A stretch of DNA of 64,000 nt from the NCBI GenBank assembly GCA_038247415.1, contig JBBRUX010000010.1:33191-97190 (forward strand). The letters run 5' to 3'. This document shows, piece by piece, positions 37,312 through 47,189 of the stretch; the stretch's first letter is position 1, and each line of letters opens with the position of its first letter. The position numbers were made by a program, and so were the translations under genes. Below the pieces are notes generated by a model. It searched no databases, had not been told where the DNA came from, and saw only the letters and a program-made list of their open reading frames with translations. Origin of the DNA: Chitinivibrionales bacterium. Its GTDB lineage: Bacteria > Fibrobacterota > Chitinivibrionia > Chitinivibrionales > WJKA01.

Positions 37312-39426
37312 ATGCAACTTGTCGAAACAATAGAAATGTATTTATTCGAAACCGGGCAAATTCACGCTTTAGCAAAACGACAGGCCCGCATGTTGTCGCG
37401 ATATGTACATGACGTAAATCTTGTGGAAAGTGCCCGTCTCTTGCTTTTACTGAATTTAGCAGCTCTCAATAAAGGGGCTCCCCGAGCCCCGAGCGATTTT
37501 TTGCTCAAGCCATGTACACCCGAAATGGTAGAACACTATCTTGAAGCTTTTTTGGCAGAACACGATGGGCAAAGGCCGCTCTGGGAACAACCGCTTCTGA
37601 ATTGTCAATGCATGCAATTTCTAGATACCCTCGTTGCAGGACTTGTTAAAAATCCGCACTTACTGAAGCCTCTTTCTGGAGAAGAACCCTCCGATCAAAA
37701 TCTGACTTCTGATGCCACCACCTATCCATTGCTAGTTGTTAATAGTACTACAGGGCTTATGGGATTTTCCCGCTATTGGGAGGCAGCGTCATCACTTGAA
37801 CAATCATTACGAAGTCGATTGCGTACAGATAGCACATCTATTCCCCCTAATGAAAAGATTATCGAATGGTGTACATCGGTTTTTATAACTCATTCCATCC
37901 TTCCACAAGGGGCATTATTTCATTATCGACAGCTCACGTCGGCAATACTTGCAATTAGTAAACAGTTTTTTATTGTGTCAGGGGGGCCGGGCACCGGCAA
38001 AACCCGTGTCGTTGCTCAAATTTTAAGGATACTTATTCGAGCATACCCCGCTCTAGAACCAGATCAAATCATGGTATGCGCTCCTACCGGAAGAGCGAAG
38101 TCTCGCCTTGCCGAAAGTATTGGTGAAAGCCTCGCGTATTTGAAGGGTCTAGATCCTCGTGCCCAATGTATTGAGGGTGAACTGGATGCATCTTTACAGC
38201 AGATACACTTTTCAACAGTGCATGCACTACTGGGGATCCGGCCCGATGGAACTTCTCGTTACACTGCAGTTAATCCCCTGCGTTGTCAGCTTTTAATTGT
38301 TGATGAAGCGAGTATGGTCCCCTTGCATATTTTTGCCGATTTACTGAAGGCATTGCCACTTGAGTGCAGAATAATTTTAGTTGGTGATATGCATCAGTTG
38401 CCTTCGGTGGAGGCAGGAACCGTGCTTGGGGATTTAACACGAGGATTCAACGAGCTTGATGGCTATCCCACGCTTACTCAGCCTTGCGCAAGTGCACTGG
38501 CCGCTACGATTGCGCACGTGCCATGTTCTGGAAATCCTCAGTCCGAAAATAAAACATTGACACTATCAGATAGTCAGGCAAAAGGCGATAGTGCCGCACT
38601 TGCAGACCATGTTATTATTCTTAATCAGTCATTTCGATCGGTGAGAGACATTGTAGCAGTGGGCGAAAGTATTAATCGTGGTGAAAGTGAGCGTGCACTT
38701 GAGATGATTGCTTCGAGCGGTTCTTCGATTTCATTAAATGAGAATACTGGCATTGAGCCTATTGAACAGTGGATAGTGTCGCATAGTTCAGCATCTATTA
38801 TAAAGGTTATGCAAAAGCTCAAAAACTCTACTAGTAATGCAGGGGATACTCAAGACCCGCTTACAGGTTCAGCAGATTTTGATGAACTATTTGCATGGCT
38901 CGATGGATCCCGCATTCTCGTGTTGGTTCATAATGGCCCGCGTGGGAGAATTACAATTAATCAATGCGCTGATAGATTATTGAGAAAGCAGTTTGATCTT
39001 GGAAGCAGAACAAAATTTTTTCATGGTCAGCAGGTGATACTTACTAAAAATTATTACGATTTGGAACTTTACAATGGCGATATCGGTATTGTACTTTCAG
39101 ATAAAAATGGCTCACAGAAAGTTGTTTTTAGGCGTGGAAAACAATTTGTCGTTCATGCAATAAATCTGTTAGAGCATATGGAATCTGCCTTTGCAATGAC
39201 TGTTCACAAATCGCAAGGATCTGAATTTAACGAAGTGCAACTGGTGTTACCCGAATATAAACTTCCTCTCTTAACCCGACAAATACTTTATACTGGGTTA
39301 ACTCGTGCCAAAAATTCAATTCAAATACTGGGAACTAAAGCAATTTTTCGAGTAGCTGTCCAAACGCATGATTATAGGCCTGGGGGAGTAACCATACATA
39401 CTCACATACGCATGCCAGCAAGCTGA
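37312..39426 (+). CDS. recD: Exodeoxyribonuclease V alpha subunit RecD
   Basis: GGPGTGKT, APTGRA, VDEASMV, GDMHQLPSV, NGDIG, TVHKSQGSE, YTGLTRAK. Confidence 0.93.
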   Translation: MQLVETIEMYLFETGQIHALAKRQARMLSRYVHDVNLVESARLLLLLNLAALNKGAPRAPSDFLLKPCTPEMVEHYLEAFLAEHDGQRPLWEQPLLNCQCMQFLDTLVAGLVKNPHLLKPLSGEEPSDQNLTSDATTYPLLVVNSTTGLMGFSRYWEAASSLEQSLRSRLRTDSTSIPPNEKIIEWCTSVFITHSILPQGALFHYRQLTSAILAISKQFFIVSGGPGTGKTRVVAQILRILIRAYPALEPDQIMVCAPTGRAKSRLAESIGESLAYLKGLDPRAQCIEGELDASLQQIHFSTVHALLGIRPDGTSRYTAVNPLRCQLLIVDEASMVPLHIFADLLKALPLECRIILVGDMHQLPSVEAGTVLGDLTRGFNELDGYPTLTQPCASALAATIAHVPCSGNPQSENKTLTLSDSQAKGDSAALADHVIILNQSFRSVRDIVAVGESINRGESERALEMIASSGSSISLNENTGIEPIEQWIVSHSSASIIKVMQKLKNSTSNAGDTQDPLTGSADFDELFAWLDGSRILVLVHNGPRGRITINQCADRLLRKQFDLGSRTKFFHGQQVILTKNYYDLELYNGDIGIVLSDKNGSQKVVFRRGKQFVVHAINLLEHMESAFAMTVHKSQGSEFNEVQLVLPEYKLPLLTRQILYTGLTRAKNSIQILGTKAIFRVAVQTHDYRPGGVTIHTHIRMPAS

Positions 39427-40424
39427 CCGCAAGCTGCATGCACCCCAGTTCCATGTGGCTGCCGAATTCGAACAAATAACCCCAGGTCAACTAAATAACG
39501 GTAAAATTGCGAAACCTCATCAGGTGTTGGTGCTGCATAGGGGAGCGAACTAACTGCATTAAAGGGAATTATATTTAGTCGGCAAGGGATGCCAGAACAG
39601 AAATCGGCAACTGCTTGTGCCATTGGCAATGAATTGTTAATTCCCGGAATCAGTACATATTCAAAAAAGACAACCTCTCTTTTGCCAAGAGGGTAGGCAA
39701 GCAATGCTGCCTTAAGATCTCGCAAAGAATACCTTATGTTAATGGGCATTAGCCGTGTGCGAACAACCTCCGTTGCTGCATTGAGCGAAACGGCAAGTCG
39801 TAGGTTTGTTAGTCCGAGCGTTGCGAGGCGGTTAATGCCGTTTATATGACCAGATGTTGATACGGTAATGTGTGAAAAACTAATGTCAAAGCCGCGTTGA
39901 TCGTTGAGTACTTTTAAGGATTTGTAAACATTGTCAAAGTTCTCAAGGGGCTCTCCCATGCCCATGAATACTATGTTTTTAATGGGCTGATTCAAATAAA
40001 AACGTGCCGAAAAAATCTGGCCAACAATTTCTTCGGTAGTTACATTGCGTACAAGGCCCATTGCACCTGTGGCACAAAATGTACACCCCATTGCACACCC
40101 AACTTGTGAAGAGATACAGAGCGTAGTTCTATTATTTTCTGGAATTATCACCGATTCGATGCAAGAGTTGTCGATTAAACGTGTTGTAAATTTAATGGTA
40201 CCATCTGCTGAAGCGATCGCACTGGGTTGTTGTGGAAGAATCACCTGATTTTGCAGCGAGTCAGCGTCGTTTGCATACCGAGCCCATTGAGGGATTGCAG
40301 AAAAATTGATGTCGCCTTTTTTAAAGAGTGAAGCATACAGCAATCGAGCATGAAATTCACCTCTTCCAGTTTGCGCATGCACATAGGCATGGAATTCGTT
40401 GAATGTTAGGGCAAGGAGGTTCAT
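39402..40424 (-). CDS. rlmN: RlmN-family radical SAM RNA methyltransferase
   Basis: CISSQVGCAMGCTFC (CxxxCxxC), MGMGEP, AACGQL; start placed at MNLLAL. Confidence 0.9.
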   Translation of the reverse strand: MNLLALTFNEFHAYVHAQTGRGEFHARLLYASLFKKGDINFSAIPQWARYANDADSLQNQVILPQQPSAIASADGTIKFTTRLIDNSCIESVIIPENNRTTLCISSQVGCAMGCTFCATGAMGLVRNVTTEEIVGQIFSARFYLNQPIKNIVFMGMGEPLENFDNVYKSLKVLNDQRGFDISFSHITVSTSGHINGINRLATLGLTNLRLAVSLNAATEVVRTRLMPINIRYSLRDLKAALLAYPLGKREVVFFEYVLIPGINNSLPMAQAVADFCSGIPCRLNIIPFNAVSSLPYAAPTPDEVSQFYRYLVDLGLFVRIRQPHGTGVHAACGQLAGMRM

Positions 40425-40574
40425 AGATTTTCTGTATGTGCGTGCATTCCTGCATCCTGAATGGTTAGGTTCACCCTTTTGGGCAAGCACTCCCATTGAC
40501 GCTTTGCCAATGATATTCCGGGTTAATTGTTTTCGCCTATACCACCCGCGGGAGCTAATGTCTCAGCAGATTGC

Positions 40575-42671
40575 CTATTTTGATAAATTATTTATGAAAA
40601 ATGCGGTAGCTTTTCCTTTTTGGATAAACTTAAGCACTGCCATTTGATGAGGTAATGTAAGATTCGAAGGGCCTCTGCATTTTTTGTAAAGGATACTCAA
40701 TTGTCCTTGCATCGTGTAGATGTAAACTGAATAAGGCTCTGTGGAATTTTTGGGGCGCAGGTGGATTAATGAACCCTGCTGAAAAATTTGAATGACATTT
40801 TGAATTGAACCTTTTGACAACTTTTGTGGTAAAGCATTGAGCACTGGTTTACTAAAATCTAATTTTGCTAGAATGCCATCTTCCCCCAAAACAGTTGCTT
40901 TCCCCCACGAAGGTACCGAAGCAGTTGGTGCTGGCTGCCCTTTGGCAAGCCCTTGAGCATCTACGATATGGTATCCAACAGTAATCAGTCCTGTGGAAAC
41001 AGGGATTACCTGGCAAAGTTTTACATTCTCTCCACCGTTGCCGGTTGCTACTTCGCAAGGCCCTGCAAGCATTGATGAATACCGCAACGTTGAAAAATCA
41101 GGCGCATAAACGCGCACAAAATCGGTCCAGCAGCCAAATTGGCCACTCAGTGGGTTTGGGGCCTTTTGAAACGCATTTGACGTGGTGACTGGCCCGCGGC
41201 TATCTGCAATACAATAAATGTTACCTTGCGCATCGCAGGTTATGTTGTGTGTTGGTGTTGACTTAAGAGATGACCATCCACTATTATGACTTGGCCATCC
41301 GTCAAGAATTGGGTCTGCATAGGCTGTTCCAAAGCTTTTGCTCCAGGGATCGTATTCGGCATTCCACGATGCATTTACAAAGTCGCCACTGAGGCCTTTG
41401 AATCGTCCTAGCCAGCAGAGGTGCTCGTTGCCATTGGTTCCTGTAAATCCATTATGAAAAGAATTTGTGCCATTCCAGAAATTTTGCGGGGCATTACCAT
41501 GAGATCGGGCTAAAACAATGATTTCGGGAGCTGTTATTGGTTTGGAGTAATCGATCGCAACGCCATCGACATATTGATCGGGCGGGCATTGGTGTGTTTC
41601 GCCTGCGTCTACTTTTTCGTTGTTGTTGACATCTGTCCATTCATCGTACATATGGCTATACCAGGTGAGTGCACCGTTAGGCTCCATGCGCATGATGGTT
41701 GGCTCAAAATCATGGGTGTTGTTAGCGCAAGGTGTGTTAAATCCTATATACATTGCATTGTCTCTTTTGTCAATTGCTATGCCAAAAGATGTTGAAGCTG
41801 TTCCATCAGACTTGTATCCGGTATACCCGCCAGCATTATTGGTTACACCGAGCGGTCCTGCAAAATAAAAGTCGTGGGGATATTTACCTTTTTTCTTTCC
41901 TTTGCCGCTATGAGAAGTTACAAGATCGTAATCTGCCTGAGTTTGAGAGCGCATATTGTAGTTGTCTGGTTTGAAGGAAATACACATATCCCCATGGTTC
42001 CACCATTTGGGAACGCTGTCGCATTTGGATCCATCGGATTTAAGTCGATACACTGCTCCCCATGCCCCTGCTGATGGCCTTTTATATGCATAGTAAACTA
42101 TCTTGCCATCGTTGCCTACATCCCAAAGATTGTAGTTGAAGTTTTCTGGTTGATTGACATACCATTCCCCGATCCATACGAGTTTTGAAGGATCTCCCTT
42201 GATAAAATTATTGTCAAGTTTTCCTACCCAGCATGAATTGGGTGTGGTACTAGAGCTATTGGTCCATTTCCCTGAAATGTAAATGTCCCCAGTAGTGGAA
42301 CTTGGAACTGAATTGGTTTTGATTCGTGTTATTGCTCCACCTATGCCAGGTGGAAAGTGGTATACCTTCTGGATTTGGGTCATAGCAGCATTGAGTCGAA
42401 TGATAAATGAGAGTGTACCTTGATTGGCGTCGAGTGGATCAGTTGGGGGAACTGCAGAATCATTGGCGGTTTTGGATGCAAGCTGAATTCTTGGAACGCT
42501 CGAAGGAATCCAATCGAGGTTAGCGGCTTTCCCGCATACAAGAATTGTTCCGTCGGATAATTCAAACGCACCATAAAAACGTTCATTCGCAGATGATCCA
42601 GCATATGAAACAAGGTCTGCGCTCAGCGTTGCCTGAACAAATAAAAGGAGCATTATAAAAAAAGTTTTCAA
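40575..42671 (-). CDS. Large secreted hypothetical protein (possible beta-propeller) with C-terminal sorting-like tail
   Basis: TTG start with GAGG RBS, signal peptide, Trp/Gly/Asn-rich body, basic C-terminal domain YSVYIYTMQGQ. Confidence 0.7.
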   Translation of the reverse strand: MKTFFIMLLLFVQATLSADLVSYAGSSANERFYGAFELSDGTILVCGKAANLDWIPSSVPRIQLASKTANDSAVPPTDPLDANQGTLSFIIRLNAAMTQIQKVYHFPPGIGGAITRIKTNSVPSSTTGDIYISGKWTNSSSTTPNSCWVGKLDNNFIKGDPSKLVWIGEWYVNQPENFNYNLWDVGNDGKIVYYAYKRPSAGAWGAVYRLKSDGSKCDSVPKWWNHGDMCISFKPDNYNMRSQTQADYDLVTSHSGKGKKKGKYPHDFYFAGPLGVTNNAGGYTGYKSDGTASTSFGIAIDKRDNAMYIGFNTPCANNTHDFEPTIMRMEPNGALTWYSHMYDEWTDVNNNEKVDAGETHQCPPDQYVDGVAIDYSKPITAPEIIVLARSHGNAPQNFWNGTNSFHNGFTGTNGNEHLCWLGRFKGLSGDFVNASWNAEYDPWSKSFGTAYADPILDGWPSHNSGWSSLKSTPTHNITCDAQGNIYCIADSRGPVTTSNAFQKAPNPLSGQFGCWTDFVRVYAPDFSTLRYSSMLAGPCEVATGNGGENVKLCQVIPVSTGLITVGYHIVDAQGLAKGQPAPTASVPSWGKATVLGEDGILAKLDFSKPVLNALPQKLSKGSIQNVIQIFQQGSLIHLRPKNSTEPYSVYIYTMQGQLSILYKKCRGPSNLTLPHQMAVLKFIQKGKATAFFINNLSK

Positions 42672-42814
42672 AAGAGCCTCTTTTGGTTAGGCAAATTCTA
42701 TCGTTAAAAACTTCTTCTTTAAAATACAAAAAGGTTGTAAATAAAAGTGCTTTGATTAAATAAGTGCCATTATGCGAAGGTCGGCTGCAAGAGTATTGAA
42801 GGCTTTTGGAAACC

Positions 42815-43489
42815 CTATTTTTTTCTGGCAGAAACAGAGGGCGTTGTACGAAAAATGAGAAAAATAATTGATGCAGCAAGCAGCCAAAGAACAACGGGAA
42901 GAATTCCTGCATTCCAGATTATGCCTGCCATGGTACTTGTTGATGTAGTGAGTTTATCGCTTTTTGCGGCAATTGACTGATCGAGTTGGAATGGAATAAC
43001 GGCTAGAGATGAAAGCGTTGCTGCAAAGATTTTAGACATGTTGAATCGTAAAAAAATTGATGCTTCTGAGCTTTTTTTCTCGTCGAGGAGAAGCATATAG
43101 GTGGATGCGGCTCTACGGTATTGAAGCAGTGCGTCGTTAATTGCAATGAGTTGCCGCCGTACTTGATCGGTTTCTGCTGATTTGGCCAAAATCCCAATGC
43201 CCAAATCGATTTTGCGCAAATTGTTGGCAATTAATTGTTTGTCATTTTTTGCCTCTTCTTCGCTGGTCACAAAGAGTAAGTCTATAAGGGTTGCCTGAAT
43301 GGTTTGACAGTGAAGTTGCATTTCATAAGCTACCTTCTTAGTGTCGCTTCCTCTGGTGAGAATGTCGGTGTAGGTTGTATCGAGATAGCGGATAAACGTT
43401 GAGTTAGAAATGGCAACAGCAAAAAAGAGGCACGAAGCTGCACCCGCAATAAGAAGCTTTTTAAGAAGTTTTGTTTGATTATGTACCAT
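42815..43489 (-). CDS. Membrane protein with MCP-like four-helix-bundle sensor domain and no cytoplasmic output
   Basis: TM, about 160 aa helical periplasmic region, TM, then stop about 12 aa later. Confidence 0.6.
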   Translation of the reverse strand: MVHNQTKLLKKLLIAGAASCLFFAVAISNSTFIRYLDTTYTDILTRGSDTKKVAYEMQLHCQTIQATLIDLLFVTSEEEAKNDKQLIANNLRKIDLGIGILAKSAETDQVRRQLIAINDALLQYRRAASTYMLLLDEKKSSEASIFLRFNMSKIFAATLSSLAVIPFQLDQSIAAKSDKLTTSTSTMAGIIWNAGILPVVLWLLAASIIFLIFRTTPSVSARKK

Positions 43490-43615
43490 ATCAGCCTTTT
43501 GTTATAGTTGATAAAAATATATTACGGGGCTCATTATATGCGTTTTAGTTAACGATAACCTATTTTTTACAGGGTGATTGTTAAACTCTCCTTTCTTTTT
43601 CAAAGGAACACAAGT

Positions 43616-44977
43616 ATGGCTGGATCGGCACAAAAAGCAATCGAAATTCCTATTGTAAATTATCCTTCGTCAAAGGCAACTGCCCACCTTAAAAAGCTAG
43701 AATCCCTGTGCGCCGATGAAGATGGTGCTATTGCGGGTAAAGTTGCTTCAGTCCTTTTGGCTATTAGAAGAACTGGCGATAAGGCACTCTTTGCTTATAC
43801 GCGGGAATTTGACACGTTTACCTTGACTCAAGAAAATATCCGTATTTCTCCCGATGAAATCATTGCGTCGGCTAAAAAAATACCTCCCCGATTGGCACGA
43901 GCTATTGATAGTTCAGCCAAGCGAATTAAAGAGTTTCATAAAAATCAAGGGCTTGCCTCGTTTTCGGTTAAAACCAAAGGCGCTGTTCTTGCGCAGCTTA
44001 TCAGGCCACTGCATCGCGTAGGATGCTATATACCGGGGGGGCATGCATTATATCCTTCGTCAATTTTAATGAACTTAATTCCAGCACAACTGGCGGGTGT
44101 TTCCCAGCTTGTGGCGGTTACACCTCCGCATAAAATACTTGACTCGGGGGTTGCTTTTGCCCTTGCACTTATGGAAGTGACTGAGGTGTATCGTATTGGA
44201 GGCGCGCAAGCTATTGGTGCGTTGGCCTATGGAACAAGCACTATCCGTGCGGTTGACAAAATAGTTGGGCCTGGGAATGCCTATGTAGCTGCAGCAAAAA
44301 AACAGGTGTACGGTACGGTTGATATCGATACCATTGCAGGCCCCAGTGAGGTCGTGATTGTAGCGGATAAGCATGCTAATCCACGCATGGTTGCGCTTGA
44401 TCTCTTGGCACAAGCTGAGCATGGAAGTGGCCGCGAAATAGCACTATTGGTAACAGAAAATGCTTCATTTGCACAAACCGTTGTTTCTATCCTAGAGAAA
44501 GAGATATCCATTTCGAGCAAGCGGGAAGTTTTTGCGCGGCTCTTGCCTGGCGCCATTTCTGTATTTGTTACCCCGTCTCGCGCCGATACCTTTGAATTTG
44601 TAAATGAACGTGCTCCAGAGCATCTAGAAATCATGACTGATTCGGCTCTTAAAGATTTGGAAAAAGTGCGCAATGCTGGAGCGGTATTTTTAGGGGGAAT
44701 GACCCCGGTGGCTTTGGGCGATTATAGTATTGGCACGAATCATGTGCTTCCAACCGGAAAAGCCTCACGATTTTCGTCACCTTTAGGAGTTGAAAGTTTC
44801 CAAAAGAGAATGTCGGTAGCATATACCGATAGAAACGGTCTTGAGAAATTCGGCGATGATGTTTCTGTTTTTGCACGGGCCGAAGGTTTTGTGCATCATG
44901 CATTGTGTGTAGAAGAGCGTATGAAAGAATCTTCAGAAGCTAAAGAAAAGTCTAAAAAGGCTTCTAAAAAGCACTAA
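43616..44977 (+). CDS. hisD: Histidinol dehydrogenase
   Basis: YIPGG, GGAQAIGALAYG, GPGNAYV, AGPSE, LLAQAEH, APEHLE, GTNHVLPT. Confidence 0.96.
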   Translation: MAGSAQKAIEIPIVNYPSSKATAHLKKLESLCADEDGAIAGKVASVLLAIRRTGDKALFAYTREFDTFTLTQENIRISPDEIIASAKKIPPRLARAIDSSAKRIKEFHKNQGLASFSVKTKGAVLAQLIRPLHRVGCYIPGGHALYPSSILMNLIPAQLAGVSQLVAVTPPHKILDSGVAFALALMEVTEVYRIGGAQAIGALAYGTSTIRAVDKIVGPGNAYVAAAKKQVYGTVDIDTIAGPSEVVIVADKHANPRMVALDLLAQAEHGSGREIALLVTENASFAQTVVSILEKEISISSKREVFARLLPGAISVFVTPSRADTFEFVNERAPEHLEIMTDSALKDLEKVRNAGAVFLGGMTPVALGDYSIGTNHVLPTGKASRFSSPLGVESFQKRMSVAYTDRNGLEKFGDDVSVFARAEGFVHHALCVEERMKESSEAKEKSKKASKKH

Positions 44978-45040
44978 AACGAATCTGCTGGTTTCGGAAT
45001 TGATGTGCGGTATGTATTTTTATATGCTGTAAAATTTATT

Positions 45041-45128
45041 GGAGAGGTGACCGAGCGGTCGAAGGTGCACGCCTGGAAAGCGTGTGTGCGGCAACGTACC
45101 CAGGGTTCAAATCCCTGCCTCTCCGCCA
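45041..45128 (+). tRNA. tRNA-Ser (GGA)
   Basis: GGAGAGG/CCTCTCC acceptor stem plus GCCA, anticodon arm CACGC-CTGGAAA-GCGTG, long variable arm, GGTTCAAATCC. Confidence 0.96.
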
Positions 45129-45133
45129 TCAAT

Positions 45134-45166
45134 AGGGGTTTCGGTTAGCCGAAACCCCTTTGTTTT
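45134..45166 (+). terminator. Intrinsic terminator after tRNA-Ser
   Basis: AGGGGTTTCGG-TTAG-CCGAAACCCCT followed by TTGTTTT. Confidence 0.88.
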
Positions 45167-45263
45167 AGGATTTAAAGACTATTTTTAAAGGACTTTTTCC
45201 CAATTTTTTAAAAATAGTGTTGTTTTGAGCGCGGTTTCCTGCTAATTTATTAAGTATATACCT

Positions 45264-46442
45264 ATGAGTACTATCGCTAAAAATTATTATCCGATTGTGA
45301 TTATTGGCGCGGGTCCTGCCGGCCTGAACGCTGCGCGTGTCCTTTGTGAAAAGGGGATGGCCTCAAGTACGTTGCTTCTCGATAAACTTGCTACCTGGGA
45401 AAAGCCCATTGCCTGTGCTGAAGCTGTTGGCAAACGAGGGTTTCACGAAAGCATCGATGTCCTGCCGGAGTGGATTCGCTATCAAATAAATGGGGCAAGT
45501 TTTTTTGCCCCTAATAACGAGTGTATCGATTACACCGATTCTAATAAGGGCTATATTATCAATCGCGCGAGGATGCAACAAGATTTGTATCAAGCAGCGG
45601 CAATGGCTGGAATAGAATGCCATAATGATATTCGTGTTACTTCGATTTCTAAGCCGGAGAATGGGAAGCGTACTATTGTTTGCGCACATGGTCAACACAT
45701 TACCGCTTCGGTTATAATAGATGCATCGGGGCCGCTTTCTAATTTTGGATCCACCGAAAATTTGAATACTAAGTGCCTCGATTTGGAGCCTGCCTTTTTT
45801 GCTGTAGTAGAGAATGTGAGTATAAAAACCGATAGGGTCTATGTGTATATGGATTCGCGTTTAGCACCTGGAGGATATGCATGGGCTTTTCCTCGCGAAG
45901 ATACTGTTGCAAATATTGGTATCGTTTTAGGTAAAAATTTTGTTACAAATGCTAATATTCGAGGATGGCTTACCGAATTTATTCAGGCACGATTTCCTCA
46001 AGGAAAGGTACAAAGCACATTTGGTGGAAGCATTCCATGCGGAGTAAAACGTCAGCCTTTAGCAATTCCTGGGTTGATAAAAGCTGGTGATTCGGCAAGT
46101 ACCGTTAATCCTATTTCGAGAGCCGGCATTGTTGAAGCGTTGTTATGTGGTAAACTGGCCGCACAGAGTGCTCTCCAAATGCTTTCTCAAACCGCTCCTA
46201 AAGCCCAAAGTACTATTTGCAAGGATTACGAAAAAAGATGGCATGCCCAAAGAGGCAAACAACACTTTCACCTCGCTAAGGCAAAAAATTCGCTCGCACG
46301 AGTTCCTGATAGCGATTTCGACAAAGCCGTGCATACGCTTGGGGCAATCCCTTTAAAAAAACTTACTATGAGCACTATTTTTAAGGTAAGCGTTGGCAGG
46401 TTTCCTCGATTAGTGTGGGCACTGCGTCACCTCATGGTTTAA
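45264..46442 (+). CDS. Geranylgeranyl reductase-family FAD-dependent oxidoreductase
   Basis: IIGAGPAG, CAEAV, IDASG, PGGYAWAFP, AGDSA..NPISRAGI. Confidence 0.85.
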   Translation: MSTIAKNYYPIVIIGAGPAGLNAARVLCEKGMASSTLLLDKLATWEKPIACAEAVGKRGFHESIDVLPEWIRYQINGASFFAPNNECIDYTDSNKGYIINRARMQQDLYQAAAMAGIECHNDIRVTSISKPENGKRTIVCAHGQHITASVIIDASGPLSNFGSTENLNTKCLDLEPAFFAVVENVSIKTDRVYVYMDSRLAPGGYAWAFPREDTVANIGIVLGKNFVTNANIRGWLTEFIQARFPQGKVQSTFGGSIPCGVKRQPLAIPGLIKAGDSASTVNPISRAGIVEALLCGKLAAQSALQMLSQTAPKAQSTICKDYEKRWHAQRGKQHFHLAKAKNSLARVPDSDFDKAVHTLGAIPLKKLTMSTIFKVSVGRFPRLVWALRHLMV

Positions 46443-46527
46443 TTCATACCGTTTGTTTAACGTGCCTTGTTTTCTAAGTGTATATTAAGATTACCAAACT
46501 ATACGCAACCTTTTGCAGGATTACATT

Positions 46528-47088
46528 GTGTCAGAGCATCATATCCGTCATCCTTACGGTAACTTCTTCATCAAAAAATCGTTACAGATGCATATTGTGG
46601 GCAGAATCATGCTTGCATTGTTTTTGTCTGCAGCATGTGCCAGCACTGCACTCACACTTGTCTATTATTTCAAATCGCAAAATGGTGCCTTTTTTTATAT
46701 GAGTAACGACATCACTCAGGTTGCAATCCCGCAAAATTTATTGCAGGTTATTCTCCCTGCCTTTTTCGTGGCCGAAGGGGTTTCGATACTTATAGGATTG
46801 GGGATTGGCTTTTTTTTCTCGCGTCAAGTGGCAATTCCTGTATATAAATTTCAAAAATGGGTCGAACAGCTTAAAAAAGGGAATTTGAAAGCTCGAATCT
46901 CCTTTAGGGAAAAAGAGCATATGCAAGATGTCACTGCAGATTGCAATGCGTTAGGTGTGCAATATCGCGAAACTTTTGCGCGCATTAAAAAGAATGTTGA
47001 ACTAATAGGGCAGAGCAGTGTGCTCGATGAAGCTGCAAAAAGAGCATTATTAGATTTACAGAAGGAACTAGCTTGTTTTTCTGATTGA
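46528..47088 (+). CDS. Two-TM HAMP-domain membrane protein
   Basis: Two hydrophobic segments, then FSRQVAIPVYKF...GNL...FRE (HAMP-like) and a short coiled coil. Confidence 0.65.
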   Translation: MSEHHIRHPYGNFFIKKSLQMHIVGRIMLALFLSAACASTALTLVYYFKSQNGAFFYMSNDITQVAIPQNLLQVILPAFFVAEGVSILIGLGIGFFFSRQVAIPVYKFQKWVEQLKKGNLKARISFREKEHMQDVTADCNALGVQYRETFARIKKNVELIGQSSVLDEAAKRALLDLQKELACFSD

Positions 47089-47127
47089 GAATGTGTAAAG
47101 CCTGCAATGGCATACTTACTGTAATAG

Positions 47128-47164
47128 AAAAGCGCTCATATGCAAAACATATGAGCGCTTTTTA
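47128..47164. terminator. Bidirectional intrinsic terminator between convergent genes
   Basis: AAAAGCGCTCATATG-CAAAA-CATATGAGCGCTTTT. Confidence 0.85.
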
Positions 47165-47189
47165 TTCTGTCAACAAGAGTAAATTAAAA

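Noticed and set aside
45041..45170. tRNA-Ser as a possible integration site
   Set aside because: No duplicated tRNA 3' end, integrase or foreign block seen downstream; a normal terminator follows
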